A stretch of 64,000 bases of DNA, taken from positions 10,042 through 74,041 of the forward strand of contig JAQUSB010000005.1 in assembly GCA_028715345.1 (NCBI GenBank), in the 5' to 3' direction. Of the stretch, positions 8,288-17,932 are shown one piece after another. Source of the stretch: Candidatus Omnitrophota bacterium (lineage in GTDB: Bacteria > Omnitrophota > Gorgyraeia > 2-01-FULL-45-10). Positions within the stretch are counted from its first letter, which is position 1. Each line of letters opens with the position of its first letter. The notes under the pieces are model-generated. The model saw only the letters and a program-made list of their open reading frames with translations, searched no databases and was not told the DNA's origin. The position numbers and the translations under genes are program-made.

Positions 8288-10774
8288 ATGGAAGACGAAA
8301 GACTTTATCCTTTTAATACGATAGAGCCGAAGTGGCAGAAATTCTGGCGCGAGCAGAGGCTCTTCAATATCGACACCAAAAATACCGCGAACAAATATTA
8401 CTGCCTTATGATGTTCCCGTACCCGTCGGCCGCTCTTCACGTGGGCCACGGACGCAACTATATCATAGGCGATGTCGTCGCGCGCTATAAGATGATGCGC
8501 GGCTTCAATGTCCTGGCGCCTATGGGATTCGATTCGTTCGGCCTCCCGGCGGAGAACGCCGCCATAAAAGGCGGTATCCATCCGAAGACATCCACTTTAA
8601 ATAATATCAGCACGATGAAGCGCCAGCTGAACCAATGGGGCGTCGAATATGACTGGGACAGGGAAGTGATATCCTGCCTGCCGGAATATTACAAGTGGAC
8701 GCAGTGGATATTCGTAAAATTATACGAGAAGGGATTGGCTTACAAGAAGAAGGCGTTCGTCAATTGGTGCCCTTCGTGCAAAACGGTCCTCGCAAATGAG
8801 CAGGTCGTTAACGGCGCCTGCGAAAGATGCTCTACGGAGGTTAGTCAGAAAGAGCTCGAGCAGTGGTTCTTTAAGATAACGGCGTATGCAGATAGGCTCC
8901 TGGCGGATCTCGGTAAACTCACCGAGTGGCCCGAACGCGTAAAGACGATGCAGGCGAACTGGATAGGGAAGTCGGAAGGCGTCGAGATAGACTTTAAGAT
9001 CGACGGTATGGACCGGACGCTTAAATGTTTTACGACGAGGGTCGACACCATCTACGGCGCGACTTTCATAGCTTTAGCCCCCGAGCACCCGCTTGTCAAT
9101 ACGCTCATTAAAGGATGTAAAGACGAGGCCGGGGTCCTGAAGGCGATCCAGAAGATGCGCAACGAATCAAAGATAGAACGCTCCCAGGCCGAGATAGCCA
9201 AGGAAGGCGTTTTCACCGGCAGGTATGTCATAAATCCGGTCAATAACAAGAAAGTGCCCATATGGATCGCGAACTATATCCTGATGGACTACGGCACAGG
9301 CGCTATAATGGCTGTTCCCGCGCACGACCAGCGTGATTTTGATTTTGCCAAACAATATAAACTTCCGATCGAGGTCGTCATAGATAATCCTAAAGAGAGC
9401 CTTAACGCCGGAACGATGAAAGAGGCTTACACCGAAGAAGGCGTCATGGTGAATTCCGCGCAGTTCGACGGCCTCACCTCGCAGGTTGCTATGAAAAAGA
9501 TCGCCGATTATTTCGAAGAGAAGGAATTCGGTAAAAAGACGACTCAATATAAGCTGAGAGACTGGCTCATTTCCCGCCAGCGTTATTGGGGCGCGCCGAT
9601 ACCTATGATATATTGCGAAAAGTGCGGCGTCATGACGGTGCCCGCCGAAGACCTGCCGGTGCTTTTGCCGGAGAGCGTGGAGTTTCGACCGACGGGAGAA
9701 TCGCCGCTGAAATTTGTCAAAGATTTCGTGAATACCAAATGCCCGAAGTGCAAAGGCCCGGCCGCAAGAGAGACCGACACGATGGATACTTTTGTCGACT
9801 CGAGCTGGTATTTTTTGCGGTATATCACTCCGAAGATGAATGACAAGCCTTTCGATACCGATCTTGTGAATAAATGGCTCCCCGTAGATCAATATATCGG
9901 CGGCATCGAGCACGCCATACTGCACCTTTTGTATTCGCGTTTCATAACGAAATTTTTATGCGATATAGGCATGGTCGGTTTCGATGAGCCGTTCAAAAAT
10001 CTGTTCACGCAAGGCATGATAATAAAAGACGGCGCAAAGATGTCGAAGTCGAAGGGGAACGTCGTGTCGCCCGACGCGCTCATAAGAGATTTCGGAGCCG
10101 ACACGGTGAGGTTATACACGTTATTCATCGGGCCTCCGGAGAAAGACGCCGAGTGGTCGGATAGGGGCGCGGAAGGCTCGTATAGATTCTTGGGAAGGGT
10201 GTGGCGGTTGGTGGAAAAACGGCCCGCAGCCAAAGGCCGGGCCGCGTCGGGCGCTAAGATATCAAAAGAAGCCGAGGATTTAAAACGCAAAGTCCACCAG
10301 ACTATAAAAAAAGTCACCGAGGATCTCGACGGAGGATTCCATTTCAATACGGCTATCAGCGCTATAATGGAACTGGTGAACGAAACTACCGACGCGATGA
10401 ATGCCGAGGCCGCCACTCCGGGCGACGGAGCAGGCGTTTTAGCCGAAGCCATAGAGAGCATCGTTATCCTTCTTTCGCCGTTCGTGCCTCACATAGCAGA
10501 GGAGATGTGGCAGTCGCTCGGTAAAGAGAACAGCATCTTTAAATGCAAATGGCCGTCTTACGACAAGGCCGCTATCGTGGAGAACGTCCTTACGATCCCC
10601 GTCCAGGTGAACGGTAGACTCCGCTCGAAGGTGGAAGTGCCTTCGGACATAAGCGAAGATAAATTGAAAGAGCTTGTCCTGGCCGATCCGAAAGTCAATA
10701 CCTGGATATCCGGCAAAGCGATAAAAAAATTCATAGTCATCCCGAAGAAATTGGTAAACCTGGTAGTCCAATAA
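8288..10774 (+). CDS. leuS: leucyl-tRNA synthetase
   Basis: HIGH-type 'HVGHGRNY' and 'KMSKSKGN', 828 aa. Confidence 0.92.
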   Translation: MEDERLYPFNTIEPKWQKFWREQRLFNIDTKNTANKYYCLMMFPYPSAALHVGHGRNYIIGDVVARYKMMRGFNVLAPMGFDSFGLPAENAAIKGGIHPKTSTLNNISTMKRQLNQWGVEYDWDREVISCLPEYYKWTQWIFVKLYEKGLAYKKKAFVNWCPSCKTVLANEQVVNGACERCSTEVSQKELEQWFFKITAYADRLLADLGKLTEWPERVKTMQANWIGKSEGVEIDFKIDGMDRTLKCFTTRVDTIYGATFIALAPEHPLVNTLIKGCKDEAGVLKAIQKMRNESKIERSQAEIAKEGVFTGRYVINPVNNKKVPIWIANYILMDYGTGAIMAVPAHDQRDFDFAKQYKLPIEVVIDNPKESLNAGTMKEAYTEEGVMVNSAQFDGLTSQVAMKKIADYFEEKEFGKKTTQYKLRDWLISRQRYWGAPIPMIYCEKCGVMTVPAEDLPVLLPESVEFRPTGESPLKFVKDFVNTKCPKCKGPAARETDTMDTFVDSSWYFLRYITPKMNDKPFDTDLVNKWLPVDQYIGGIEHAILHLLYSRFITKFLCDIGMVGFDEPFKNLFTQGMIIKDGAKMSKSKGNVVSPDALIRDFGADTVRLYTLFIGPPEKDAEWSDRGAEGSYRFLGRVWRLVEKRPAAKGRAASGAKISKEAEDLKRKVHQTIKKVTEDLDGGFHFNTAISAIMELVNETTDAMNAEAATPGDGAGVLAEAIESIVILLSPFVPHIAEEMWQSLGKENSIFKCKWPSYDKAAIVENVLTIPVQVNGRLRSKVEVPSDISEDKLKELVLADPKVNTWISGKAIKKFIVIPKKLVNLVVQ

Positions 10775-10775
10775 A

Positions 10776-11144
10776 ATGATAAAGCTTGAACGGGCCGAGC
10801 GGGCGATACTGATATTTCTCGTCTCGGCTCTTATTCTGGGCGTAGCGGTCTCCGCGATACGCAAGGCAAAACCTCCCGCCAAAATAACCGTAGAAAAATT
10901 CAATCCCGAAGACTATAAAAATATACAGAGCGATATTACTTCGCGCGGTGAAAAGATAAATATCAATACCGCGTCAGCCGAAGACCTTATGAAGTTAAAG
11001 GGCGTGGGCCTTACGCTTGCCGGCCGCATAGTGGAATACCGCTATCAGCACGGCGGTTTCGCGTCCATAGACGACCTTAAAAGTGTGAAAGGCGTCGGCG
11101 TCGAACTCTTCGAAAAGATAAAGTCCCGGGTAACCGCAGAGTAA
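10776..11144 (+). CDS. comEA: competence protein ComEA (helix-hairpin-helix DNA binding)
   Basis: N-terminal TM, then 'ININTASAEDLMKLKGVGLTLAGRIVEYR...DDLKSVKGVG' forming an HhH pair. Confidence 0.75.
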   Translation: MIKLERAERAILIFLVSALILGVAVSAIRKAKPPAKITVEKFNPEDYKNIQSDITSRGEKININTASAEDLMKLKGVGLTLAGRIVEYRYQHGGFASIDDLKSVKGVGVELFEKIKSRVTAE

Positions 11145-11146
11145 TT

Positions 11147-13558
11147 ATGAAGCGACCGATCCTTTACATCCTCATTCCGTTCTGCCTCGGAATAGCGGCG
11201 GCAAGGACGTTCCACTTTTCTTTCCTCTACAGCATTATCCCGTCCGCTATTTTTGTCATAGGTTCGATCGTCCTGTCCAAAAATAGAAAGATATCGCTCG
11301 TTTCGTTTTTCCTGGCCGTATTCTTCGCCGGCGCTGCAGTTTATATCAATTCCAATATTCTCGCCGCCGACAATATATCGAATTTCATCCCGTCCGACGA
11401 GCGCGCTAAAGTCCTGGTCAGAGGGACGATCGCGGACGATCCCGTCATAAGCATGACCCCGTATAGAGCTATAAAGACGAGCTTTACGCTCAAAGCCTCG
11501 ATGCTTAAAAGCGGGGGGTCGTGGCGCAAGACGAGCGGCCTTGTAAAGACCGACATATTTTCCAGAGGGACCCAGCCTCTCTTTTTCGGCAACGAAGTCA
11601 TTCTGCAGGGCGTTATATCCAAGCCGCACGGCCTAAAGAACCCGGGTCTTTTCGATTACGCCGAATACCTGGCCATAAAGAATATCTATTGCCGCCTCAG
11701 GGTGGGCGAAGGAAATACCGTCGAGATATTCAAAAAAGACGCGGCCGGCCCCGTGGAAACCGCAGCTTACAAAATAAGGCATAAGATGCTGGCGCTTATA
11801 GATGAATATATGGCGATGCCTTACAGCGGATTTTTGAAAGCCATCCTCGTAGGCGATAAGACAGGGCTTAAGGACGTCATACAGGATGATTTCATAAAGA
11901 CCGGGACGGTGCACGTGATCGCCGTGAGCGGCCTCCAGGTGGGGTTGATCGCCCTGGTCTTCCTGGCCATATTCAGAATATTCGGCCTGCCGAGAAAAGT
12001 CAACCTCATCGTTACCGCGTCGCTTCTTGCCGTATATGCTTTCATCGGCGGAGCGAACCCTCCCGTCGCGAGGGCCGTAATAATGTTCGCGATATACGTC
12101 ATCGGCTACCTGATAGACAGGGACAGCGATATCCTGAATTCGTTATCGCTCGCCGCACTCGCGATACTTCTGTGGAACCCGAAGGAATTATTCGACCCGA
12201 GTTTCCAGTTATCTTTCGTATCCGTGGCGAGCACGATAATATTCGCGCCGAAAATATACGCCGTTTTCCCGGAAGCCAAATTTAAAAAGAATCCATGGGA
12301 TCTTCCGGCGCGGGCGTATAAGTATATTACCGTCGGGATATCCGTTTCCGTTGCGGCGTGGATAGGGAGCTTCCCGATCATCGCTTCATACTTCAATATC
12401 CTTTCTCCCGTTTCTATAGTCGCGAACCTCATAGCCGTCCCTGCGCTATTTCTCCTCGTGGCGGTATCGTTCGTATTCTTCGCAGCCTGTTTTGTCTGGG
12501 CGGGCGCGGCCGCATTTATTGCGCAGGGGCTCGAGCTATTCGAGCGATCCATATTCGCGGCAAATAGCTTCATGGCAAATATGCCTATGGCATTTTTCAG
12601 GGTGGGCAAACTCTCGCCGGCAGCCGTCATCTTTTATTACTTTCTGGTATCTTTCATTATCGTTCCGCCGAAAAAGCGCACCGTGATCGCGGCGCTTGTT
12701 GTGCTGAATATTTTTGTATGGGCGAGCCTGATACGCGATAGCGCCGGCAGCCTTAAGGTCACGTTCCTGGATGTAGGGCAAGGGGACTCGGCGTTCGTCG
12801 AATTCCCGGGCGGTAATAATATGCTGATCGACGCAGGCCCCGGCGGTGAAGAGGACAGGGCGGATATGGGCGAATCTGTCGTAGCTCCGCTTCTGTGGAA
12901 CAAGGGCATAGGAACTATAAGCGCGGTAGTGGTGTCGCATTTCCATGATGACCACACCGGCGGCATTCCTTACGTACTGAAAAATTTCAAGATCGGGTGC
13001 GTGATCGACAGCGGCGCTTCGGGCGCTGAGAACGAAAATATTTATAACGAATACCTTCGCCTGGTGAAGGGGAAAAATATACGCAGGCTTACCGTCAGGG
13101 AAGGGGATATAATAAAATTCCCCGGCGGCGCGGAAATGTTCGTGCTGAACCCGGAAAAGGACAAAAAAATATCCGACTCCAACGACAATTCTCTCGTCCT
13201 GAAATTATCCGGCAAAAATTTCAGAGCTTTATTTTGCGGGGACATAAAAGATAGGGCCGTTTCGCGTATCATAACGTATGAAAATTTTTTAAGATCCGAT
13301 GTAATAAAGATCCCGCATCACGGCGGCGACCTTGGAAGCGCCAAGGTAATAACGCAGTTTATCGACGCTGTTTCTCCGAGCGTGTCGGTTATAAGCGTTG
13401 GCAATTTGAACAAGTACGGCATGCCGTCAAAGGAAACTTTGAATATCATAAATACCTCGAATTCAAAGACTTACATGACAAAAGAAGACGGTGCGATCGA
13501 GATTTCCGCAGTAGATAGGCCGCCCTTCATGAAAGTAAATATCGCTAATAAAAACTAA
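11147..13558 (+). CDS. comEC: DNA internalization competence protein ComEC/Rec2
   Basis: Polytopic membrane core plus a C-terminal metallo-beta-lactamase domain 'FLDVGQGDS...HFHDDHTGG'. Confidence 0.85.
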   Translation: MKRPILYILIPFCLGIAAARTFHFSFLYSIIPSAIFVIGSIVLSKNRKISLVSFFLAVFFAGAAVYINSNILAADNISNFIPSDERAKVLVRGTIADDPVISMTPYRAIKTSFTLKASMLKSGGSWRKTSGLVKTDIFSRGTQPLFFGNEVILQGVISKPHGLKNPGLFDYAEYLAIKNIYCRLRVGEGNTVEIFKKDAAGPVETAAYKIRHKMLALIDEYMAMPYSGFLKAILVGDKTGLKDVIQDDFIKTGTVHVIAVSGLQVGLIALVFLAIFRIFGLPRKVNLIVTASLLAVYAFIGGANPPVARAVIMFAIYVIGYLIDRDSDILNSLSLAALAILLWNPKELFDPSFQLSFVSVASTIIFAPKIYAVFPEAKFKKNPWDLPARAYKYITVGISVSVAAWIGSFPIIASYFNILSPVSIVANLIAVPALFLLVAVSFVFFAACFVWAGAAAFIAQGLELFERSIFAANSFMANMPMAFFRVGKLSPAAVIFYYFLVSFIIVPPKKRTVIAALVVLNIFVWASLIRDSAGSLKVTFLDVGQGDSAFVEFPGGNNMLIDAGPGGEEDRADMGESVVAPLLWNKGIGTISAVVVSHFHDDHTGGIPYVLKNFKIGCVIDSGASGAENENIYNEYLRLVKGKNIRRLTVREGDIIKFPGGAEMFVLNPEKDKKISDSNDNSLVLKLSGKNFRALFCGDIKDRAVSRIITYENFLRSDVIKIPHHGGDLGSAKVITQFIDAVSPSVSVISVGNLNKYGMPSKETLNIINTSNSKTYMTKEDGAIEISAVDRPPFMKVNIANKN

Positions 13559-13575
13559 CTTTTTTATATTTTACC

Positions 13576-13604
13576 TTGACAAACTTATGTTTATATGGTA
13601 TAGT
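13576..13604 (+). promoter_or_regulatory. sigma70-like promoter TTGACA-N17-TATAGT
   Basis: Consensus hexamers upstream of the PilZ gene. Confidence 0.4.
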
Positions 13605-13661
13605 TTGTTGAATAAATTGTGTCTTTTTACTAAAATTTTTTAAATCAGGAGCTGCCGATAT

Positions 13662-14027
13662 ATGCAAAATTATAATCAGGCGCAGGAGAATAGAAGATAT
13701 AAAAGGGTGGACGCCAGTTTAGGTTTGCAGTATAGGGATTTGCGAAAATCTGCAGAAATACCGAAAGGCTCTCTTCTCAAAAATATTGGCGAGGGCGGAG
13801 TCTGCTTCAGCTCCAAAGAATTCATGTCTTTAGCGTGCCGTCTTGTTCTTAATATAACTCTCCCGAATAATCCTAAACCCATCAAAGTCATTTCGAAAGT
13901 TGCCTGGATCAGAAGACTGCCCACCGGCGGCCAATATGAACTGGGTAACCAGTTCCTCGAGGTCGCGAAAGACGATAAGGCTCAGATAGTCGACTTCGTC
14001 AACAACGCTACAGGCGCCAGCCTGTAA
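13662..14027 (+). CDS. PilZ domain protein
   Basis: 'RRYKRVDAS' (RxxxR) and 'NIGEGGVCFSS' (DxSxxG-like). Confidence 0.55.
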   Translation: MQNYNQAQENRRYKRVDASLGLQYRDLRKSAEIPKGSLLKNIGEGGVCFSSKEFMSLACRLVLNITLPNNPKPIKVISKVAWIRRLPTGGQYELGNQFLEVAKDDKAQIVDFVNNATGASL

Positions 14028-14042
14028 AAATCTTTAATAGTT

Positions 14043-14072
14043 TTGACTAATCACTCCTCTGCGTGGTATAAT
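14043..14072 (+). promoter_or_regulatory. sigma70-like promoter TTGACT-N18-TATAAT
   Basis: Located upstream of the 14125 ORF. Confidence 0.35.
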
Positions 14073-14124
14073 CTCAAATCTGGATTTACCGAATAATATC
14101 CCGACAATATAGGAATAAATATTA

Positions 14125-16101
14125 ATGAGAAAAAATATCATCGCCAGGAACATAATAATTGCTGGTATGGCATTTCTGTTCCTATTTTCCGAGACAGCCC
14201 TTGCTTACTGGGTCTGGACCCCGGGCACGAAAAAATTCATAAATCCCAAGAATGCCGTCAAAGACAGCCCTAAGGAACAATTCGAATGGGCGATGACTTT
14301 TTATAAGGCCAAGGATTACCAGAGGGCCGCCGCCGAATTCGAAAAACTCACGAAACAATACGAATATTCCGAATACGCTTCCCGCGCGCAATACCATGTC
14401 GGCCTCTGTTACGAGAATATGAATAAATTCTATATCGCGTACCAGAATTACCAGAAGGCCATAGATAATTTCCCGCACATAGAGAATATGGACGAGATCG
14501 TGGCCAGGGAATTCAATATAGCCAATATGTTCGTGGCAAAGGAGAGCCCGAAAGTCCTGGGTGCGGACATCCTGACATCTCTCGACCGCGCTATAGAAAT
14601 ATATAAGAAGGTGGTGGAGAATGCCCCGTACGGCCGCCTGGCGGACGAAGCCCAGTTCAGGATGGGGCAGGCGCTGAAAAAAGGCGAGCGCTATGATGAA
14701 GCTATACAGGCTTTCCAGAAAGTGCTGGATGACTATCCTGCGTCGGCATTGGCCGATAAGGCTAAGTTCGAAGTTGCCGATTGCGCGAATAAGGCCGCCT
14801 TGAAGCCCGCATACGACGCCGAGCCTACCGCAAGGGCGATCAAGGCGTTCGAGGACTTCAGCCGCGAGAATAGGGACAGGACCCTGACGAGCGAAGCCGA
14901 TAAGACGATACAGAGGCTTAAGGACAGGGCCGCGGAAAAGTCGCTCCTGACCGCGCAATTTTACGAAAAACAGCACCGTTACCAGGCAGCCATAATTTAC
15001 TATAAGGATATAATTGCTACTTACCCCGAAAGTTCTTTTGTAGAAATGGCCAGGGCCAAGATAGATCATTTGACGGAGAAGCTCCAGAAGCCCAAGAGAT
15101 CCGTTCCTGTTAATTTCATCAGGCCGGCCAAGCCTAAAAAGACCGCCGAGGAGATCGCCGCGGAAAGAGCGCAGAGGCCGAAACCGGAAGGCGTGAAGCT
15201 CTGGAATCCTTTCAGCTCTAAAAAAGCGGCACAGCCCGCGGAAGCCGTATCCGAAAAGCCGAAAGCAAAAGGCTGGGCGCCATTCAGTTTTATGAAGCCT
15301 GCCAAGCCTAAAGAAACCGCCCCGGAAGCGAGCGCCGAAACTGCCGTGAAACCTAAGTCAGAAGGCATGAAGCTCTGGAATCCTTTCAAATCGTCCAAGA
15401 CTGCGCAGCCGAAAGAAGCTGTGCCGGACGCGCCGAAAGCTAAAGGCTGGAAGCCTCTCAGTTTCGATAAAGAGGCTAAGGCTAAACCCGAAGGCGAAGG
15501 CATGAAGCTCTGGAATCCTTTCAAATCGTCCAAGTCTGCGCAGCCGAAAGAAGCTGTGCCGGACGCGCCGAAAGCTAAAGGCTGGAAGCCTCTCAGTTTC
15601 GATAAAGAGGTTAAGCCTAAAGAAACTGCTCAGGAAACTGCCGCGGAAACGCCCGGGAAACCCAGATCGGAAGGTTTAAAACTTTGGAATCCTTTCGGTC
15701 GTAAGGGGTCGGCACAAACTAAACAGGCCGTAGCCGAAGCGCCTAAAACAAAAAAATGGACGCCGCTCAGTTTCGATAAGCCTAAAGCCGCGCCTACTGT
15801 AGAAACTTCACCGGCAGCGCCTGCGGAAACCGCACCCGAGGTAAAGACAGAAGAGGTTAAGGCGGAAGAAGCCAAAACAGAAGAAACTAAACCCGAAGAA
15901 ACCATAGCCGAAGAGGCTAAGGCTCCGGAAGTCCAGGAGAGCGTTACTATACCTGCCGACGATTCCGAAAAGCCCAGTGAGATAAGGGTCACTACCGACG
16001 AAAATGAGGTCAAGGCAGCGCAACCCAGGCCCGATGTAAGTACCGCTTACGAGAGCGGGGAAGAGAATAACGACGACCTGATAGAGAAAACGGAATATTA
16101 A
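14125..16101 (+). CDS. TPR-repeat (BamD/YbgF-like) secreted protein with C-terminal KLWNPF tandem-repeat and acidic tail
   Basis: Signal peptide and N-terminal TPR-like helices (similar to 'YQRAAAEFEKL...YHVGLCY'). Four 'EGxKLWNPF..AQP.EAV...PKAKGW.PLSF' repeats follow, then an E/K/T-rich tail. Confidence 0.5.
   Translation: MRKNIIARNIIIAGMAFLFLFSETALAYWVWTPGTKKFINPKNAVKDSPKEQFEWAMTFYKAKDYQRAAAEFEKLTKQYEYSEYASRAQYHVGLCYENMNKFYIAYQNYQKAIDNFPHIENMDEIVAREFNIANMFVAKESPKVLGADILTSLDRAIEIYKKVVENAPYGRLADEAQFRMGQALKKGERYDEAIQAFQKVLDDYPASALADKAKFEVADCANKAALKPAYDAEPTARAIKAFEDFSRENRDRTLTSEADKTIQRLKDRAAEKSLLTAQFYEKQHRYQAAIIYYKDIIATYPESSFVEMARAKIDHLTEKLQKPKRSVPVNFIRPAKPKKTAEEIAAERAQRPKPEGVKLWNPFSSKKAAQPAEAVSEKPKAKGWAPFSFMKPAKPKETAPEASAETAVKPKSEGMKLWNPFKSSKTAQPKEAVPDAPKAKGWKPLSFDKEAKAKPEGEGMKLWNPFKSSKSAQPKEAVPDAPKAKGWKPLSFDKEVKPKETAQETAAETPGKPRSEGLKLWNPFGRKGSAQTKQAVAEAPKTKKWTPLSFDKPKAAPTVETSPAAPAETAPEVKTEEVKAEEAKTEETKPEETIAEEAKAPEVQESVTIPADDSEKPSEIRVTTDENEVKAAQPRPDVSTAYESGEENNDDLIEKTEY
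15172..15790 (+). repeat. tandem ~135-bp coding repeats (4 copies, copies 2 and 3 near-identical)
   Basis: 15367..15475 and 15502..15610 differ by 1 nt. The flanking copies are diverged. Confidence 0.7.
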
Positions 16102-16111
16102 AGGGATATCG

Positions 16112-16660
16112 ATGAAGCCTTTATTCTCGAAAAGAATTTGTTTGCTGATGATCGCTGTATTTATTATGGCGGGCTGCGGATATACGACTCAATCGCTGCT
16201 TCCGTCGGATATCAAATCCATCAGGGTAGATAATTTTAAGAATAGAATCAATGTCGCGGCCGAACAGAGCAACGTCAGGATGTACAGGGGGTACAGGCCC
16301 GGCATGGAGATCGAGATAACGACGGCCGTCATAAATAAATTCCTTACGGACGGCACTCTTAAAATAGCCAGCGCGCAAAACGCGGACCTGATACTGACGG
16401 GCGAGCTCATAGATTTCAACAGGGGCGCCCTGCGTTATGATACGAACGAAAATATCGAAGAATACAGGATAAAACTTATAGTCAATATCGAAGTAAGGTA
16501 TGCCAAGACGGGCGAATTGATGTGGAGCGAAAAAGGATTTGCCGGTGAAACTACCTATATGACTACCGGCGGCCTGGCAAGAAGCGAAAACGCCGCTGTT
16601 GCCTCCGCCATCGAAGATCTCGCCAGAAGGATAGTGGAGAGAACCGTTGAGGTATGGTAA
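16112..16660 (+). CDS. lptE: LptE-like LPS-assembly lipoprotein
   Basis: Lipobox 'MAGCGY', about 180 aa, placed between leuS-side genes and holA (the conserved leuS-lptE-holA order). Confidence 0.45.
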   Translation: MKPLFSKRICLLMIAVFIMAGCGYTTQSLLPSDIKSIRVDNFKNRINVAAEQSNVRMYRGYRPGMEIEITTAVINKFLTDGTLKIASAQNADLILTGELIDFNRGALRYDTNENIEEYRIKLIVNIEVRYAKTGELMWSEKGFAGETTYMTTGGLARSENAAVASAIEDLARRIVERTVEVW

Positions 16661-17619
16661 ATTCGAAGCCTTCAGTTTTTTTATTCGCCGGCGCCGACAG
16701 TTATTCCAAAGAGCAGGAGATAAAGAAGCTCGGCGGTCCCATTTTTAAAGGTTCTTCGCGGGACCTGGACTACAAAGTGTTCGACTGCGGCGATGACAGC
16801 TCGCGCGACATACTCGATTACATCTCGACGGTCCCTTTCATGTCGCCGAAGAGGCTTGCAGTAGTAAAGAATTTCGAAGAACTTTCCGATGAAGATCTAT
16901 CCCGCCTTATAAGTTATATAAAAAATCCGAATAAATACACATATCTCGTCATCGACGCGGAAGACGATTCTCTTTTAAAAGATCATCCCGAAATACTGCG
17001 CCATGTAATACCGGTCAGGTTCGGAGAGCTGACCGACCAGCAGTTCCAGGCGCGCACAAAGCAGATGTTGGAGCCTTTGAAAAAGAGCATCAGTCCCGAG
17101 GGCGCGAAAGCGCTTAAAGAGCTTTACGGCCCCGATATGGGCTCTGTATCTCAGGAGCTGCAGAAACTTTCTTCTTTTGTGGGCGAACGGGGCAGGATAG
17201 AAGCCGAAGACGTAGAGGCCGCGGCCGGCAAGCATATAACCGCGTCGGCCTTCGACCTTACGGATGCGATCGAGGTAAATGACCTGAAAAAAGCGCTGTC
17301 GATAGTATCGGATCTCATTCTTTCGGGCAAAAAGCATTATGAGATAGTGGGGCTATTGTGCTGGCAGATGAAAAGGCTGTTCAGGGGCAGGGTGCTTTTC
17401 GAGAAAGGGACGTCCGGAACGCAGATCGCCGGCGCGCTCAGGATAAACAAGCGTTATTACGACAGATTCTTAAAACAGCTTAAAGCGTCCACGCTCGCGG
17501 GGATAGAGGCGAAGATAAAAACACTTTTAGAGGCCGACCTTGACATCAAACGCTCGAGGTATGATCCGGCGGTTGCCCTGGAATTCGCGGTTATAAAATT
17601 ATGCCTTGGCTTGAGGTGA
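16654..17619 (+). CDS. holA: DNA polymerase III subunit delta
   Basis: HolA-like N-terminus 'VFLFAGADSYSKEQ', a ~320-aa length and synteny after lptE. Confidence 0.7.
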   Translation: MVNSKPSVFLFAGADSYSKEQEIKKLGGPIFKGSSRDLDYKVFDCGDDSSRDILDYISTVPFMSPKRLAVVKNFEELSDEDLSRLISYIKNPNKYTYLVIDAEDDSLLKDHPEILRHVIPVRFGELTDQQFQARTKQMLEPLKKSISPEGAKALKELYGPDMGSVSQELQKLSSFVGERGRIEAEDVEAAAGKHITASAFDLTDAIEVNDLKKALSIVSDLILSGKKHYEIVGLLCWQMKRLFRGRVLFEKGTSGTQIAGALRINKRYYDRFLKQLKASTLAGIEAKIKTLLEADLDIKRSRYDPAVALEFAVIKLCLGLR

Positions 17620-17868
17620 GAGCTTCTTCATAAGGCGGGATATCTTTCTTGCTGCCGTATTCTTTTTGATGATCCCTTTCGACGCGGCCTTGTCCAGTTT
17701 CGAAATAAGAGATGACAGGGCTTTTTTAGCTTCTTCATTCTTTTTCGCTTTTACAAGGCTTTCGTAATTCTTTACCGAAGTCCTCAGGTCTGATTTTGTA
17801 GAGATATTCTTAAAATGTCTCTTTTTGGCTTTTCTGAGTTCTTTGTACGCGGTTCTTTCTCTTGGCAT
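17599..17868 (-). CDS. rpsT: 30S ribosomal protein S20
   Basis: Basic 89-aa protein ending in '...KGIIKKNTAARKISRLMKKL', typical of S20. Confidence 0.85.
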   Translation of the reverse strand: MPRERTAYKELRKAKKRHFKNISTKSDLRTSVKNYESLVKAKKNEEAKKALSSLISKLDKAASKGIIKKNTAARKISRLMKKLSPQAKA

Positions 17869-17932
17869 CTTGTTCTCCTTTTAATGAGTTTTGGATTATA
17901 GCATGTAAATAATGCGAGGTCAATATTTTTGT

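Noticed and set aside
9167-9925. 252-aa reverse-strand ORF inside leuS. Similar long antisense ORFs occur at 37494..38618 in the GGDEF gene, 40254..41396 in lolE, 44530..45246 in dnaG, 45747..46763 in rpoD and 14182..15069 in the TPR gene.
   Set aside because: They lie entirely within strongly supported genes on the opposite strand, have no RBS and show biased low-complexity composition typical of shadow ORFs.
15808-16023. Antisense and alternate-frame ORFs in the 15.1..16.0 kb region.
   Set aside because: They are produced by the KLWNPF tandem repeats and the E/K-rich tail of the TPR protein (low complexity).
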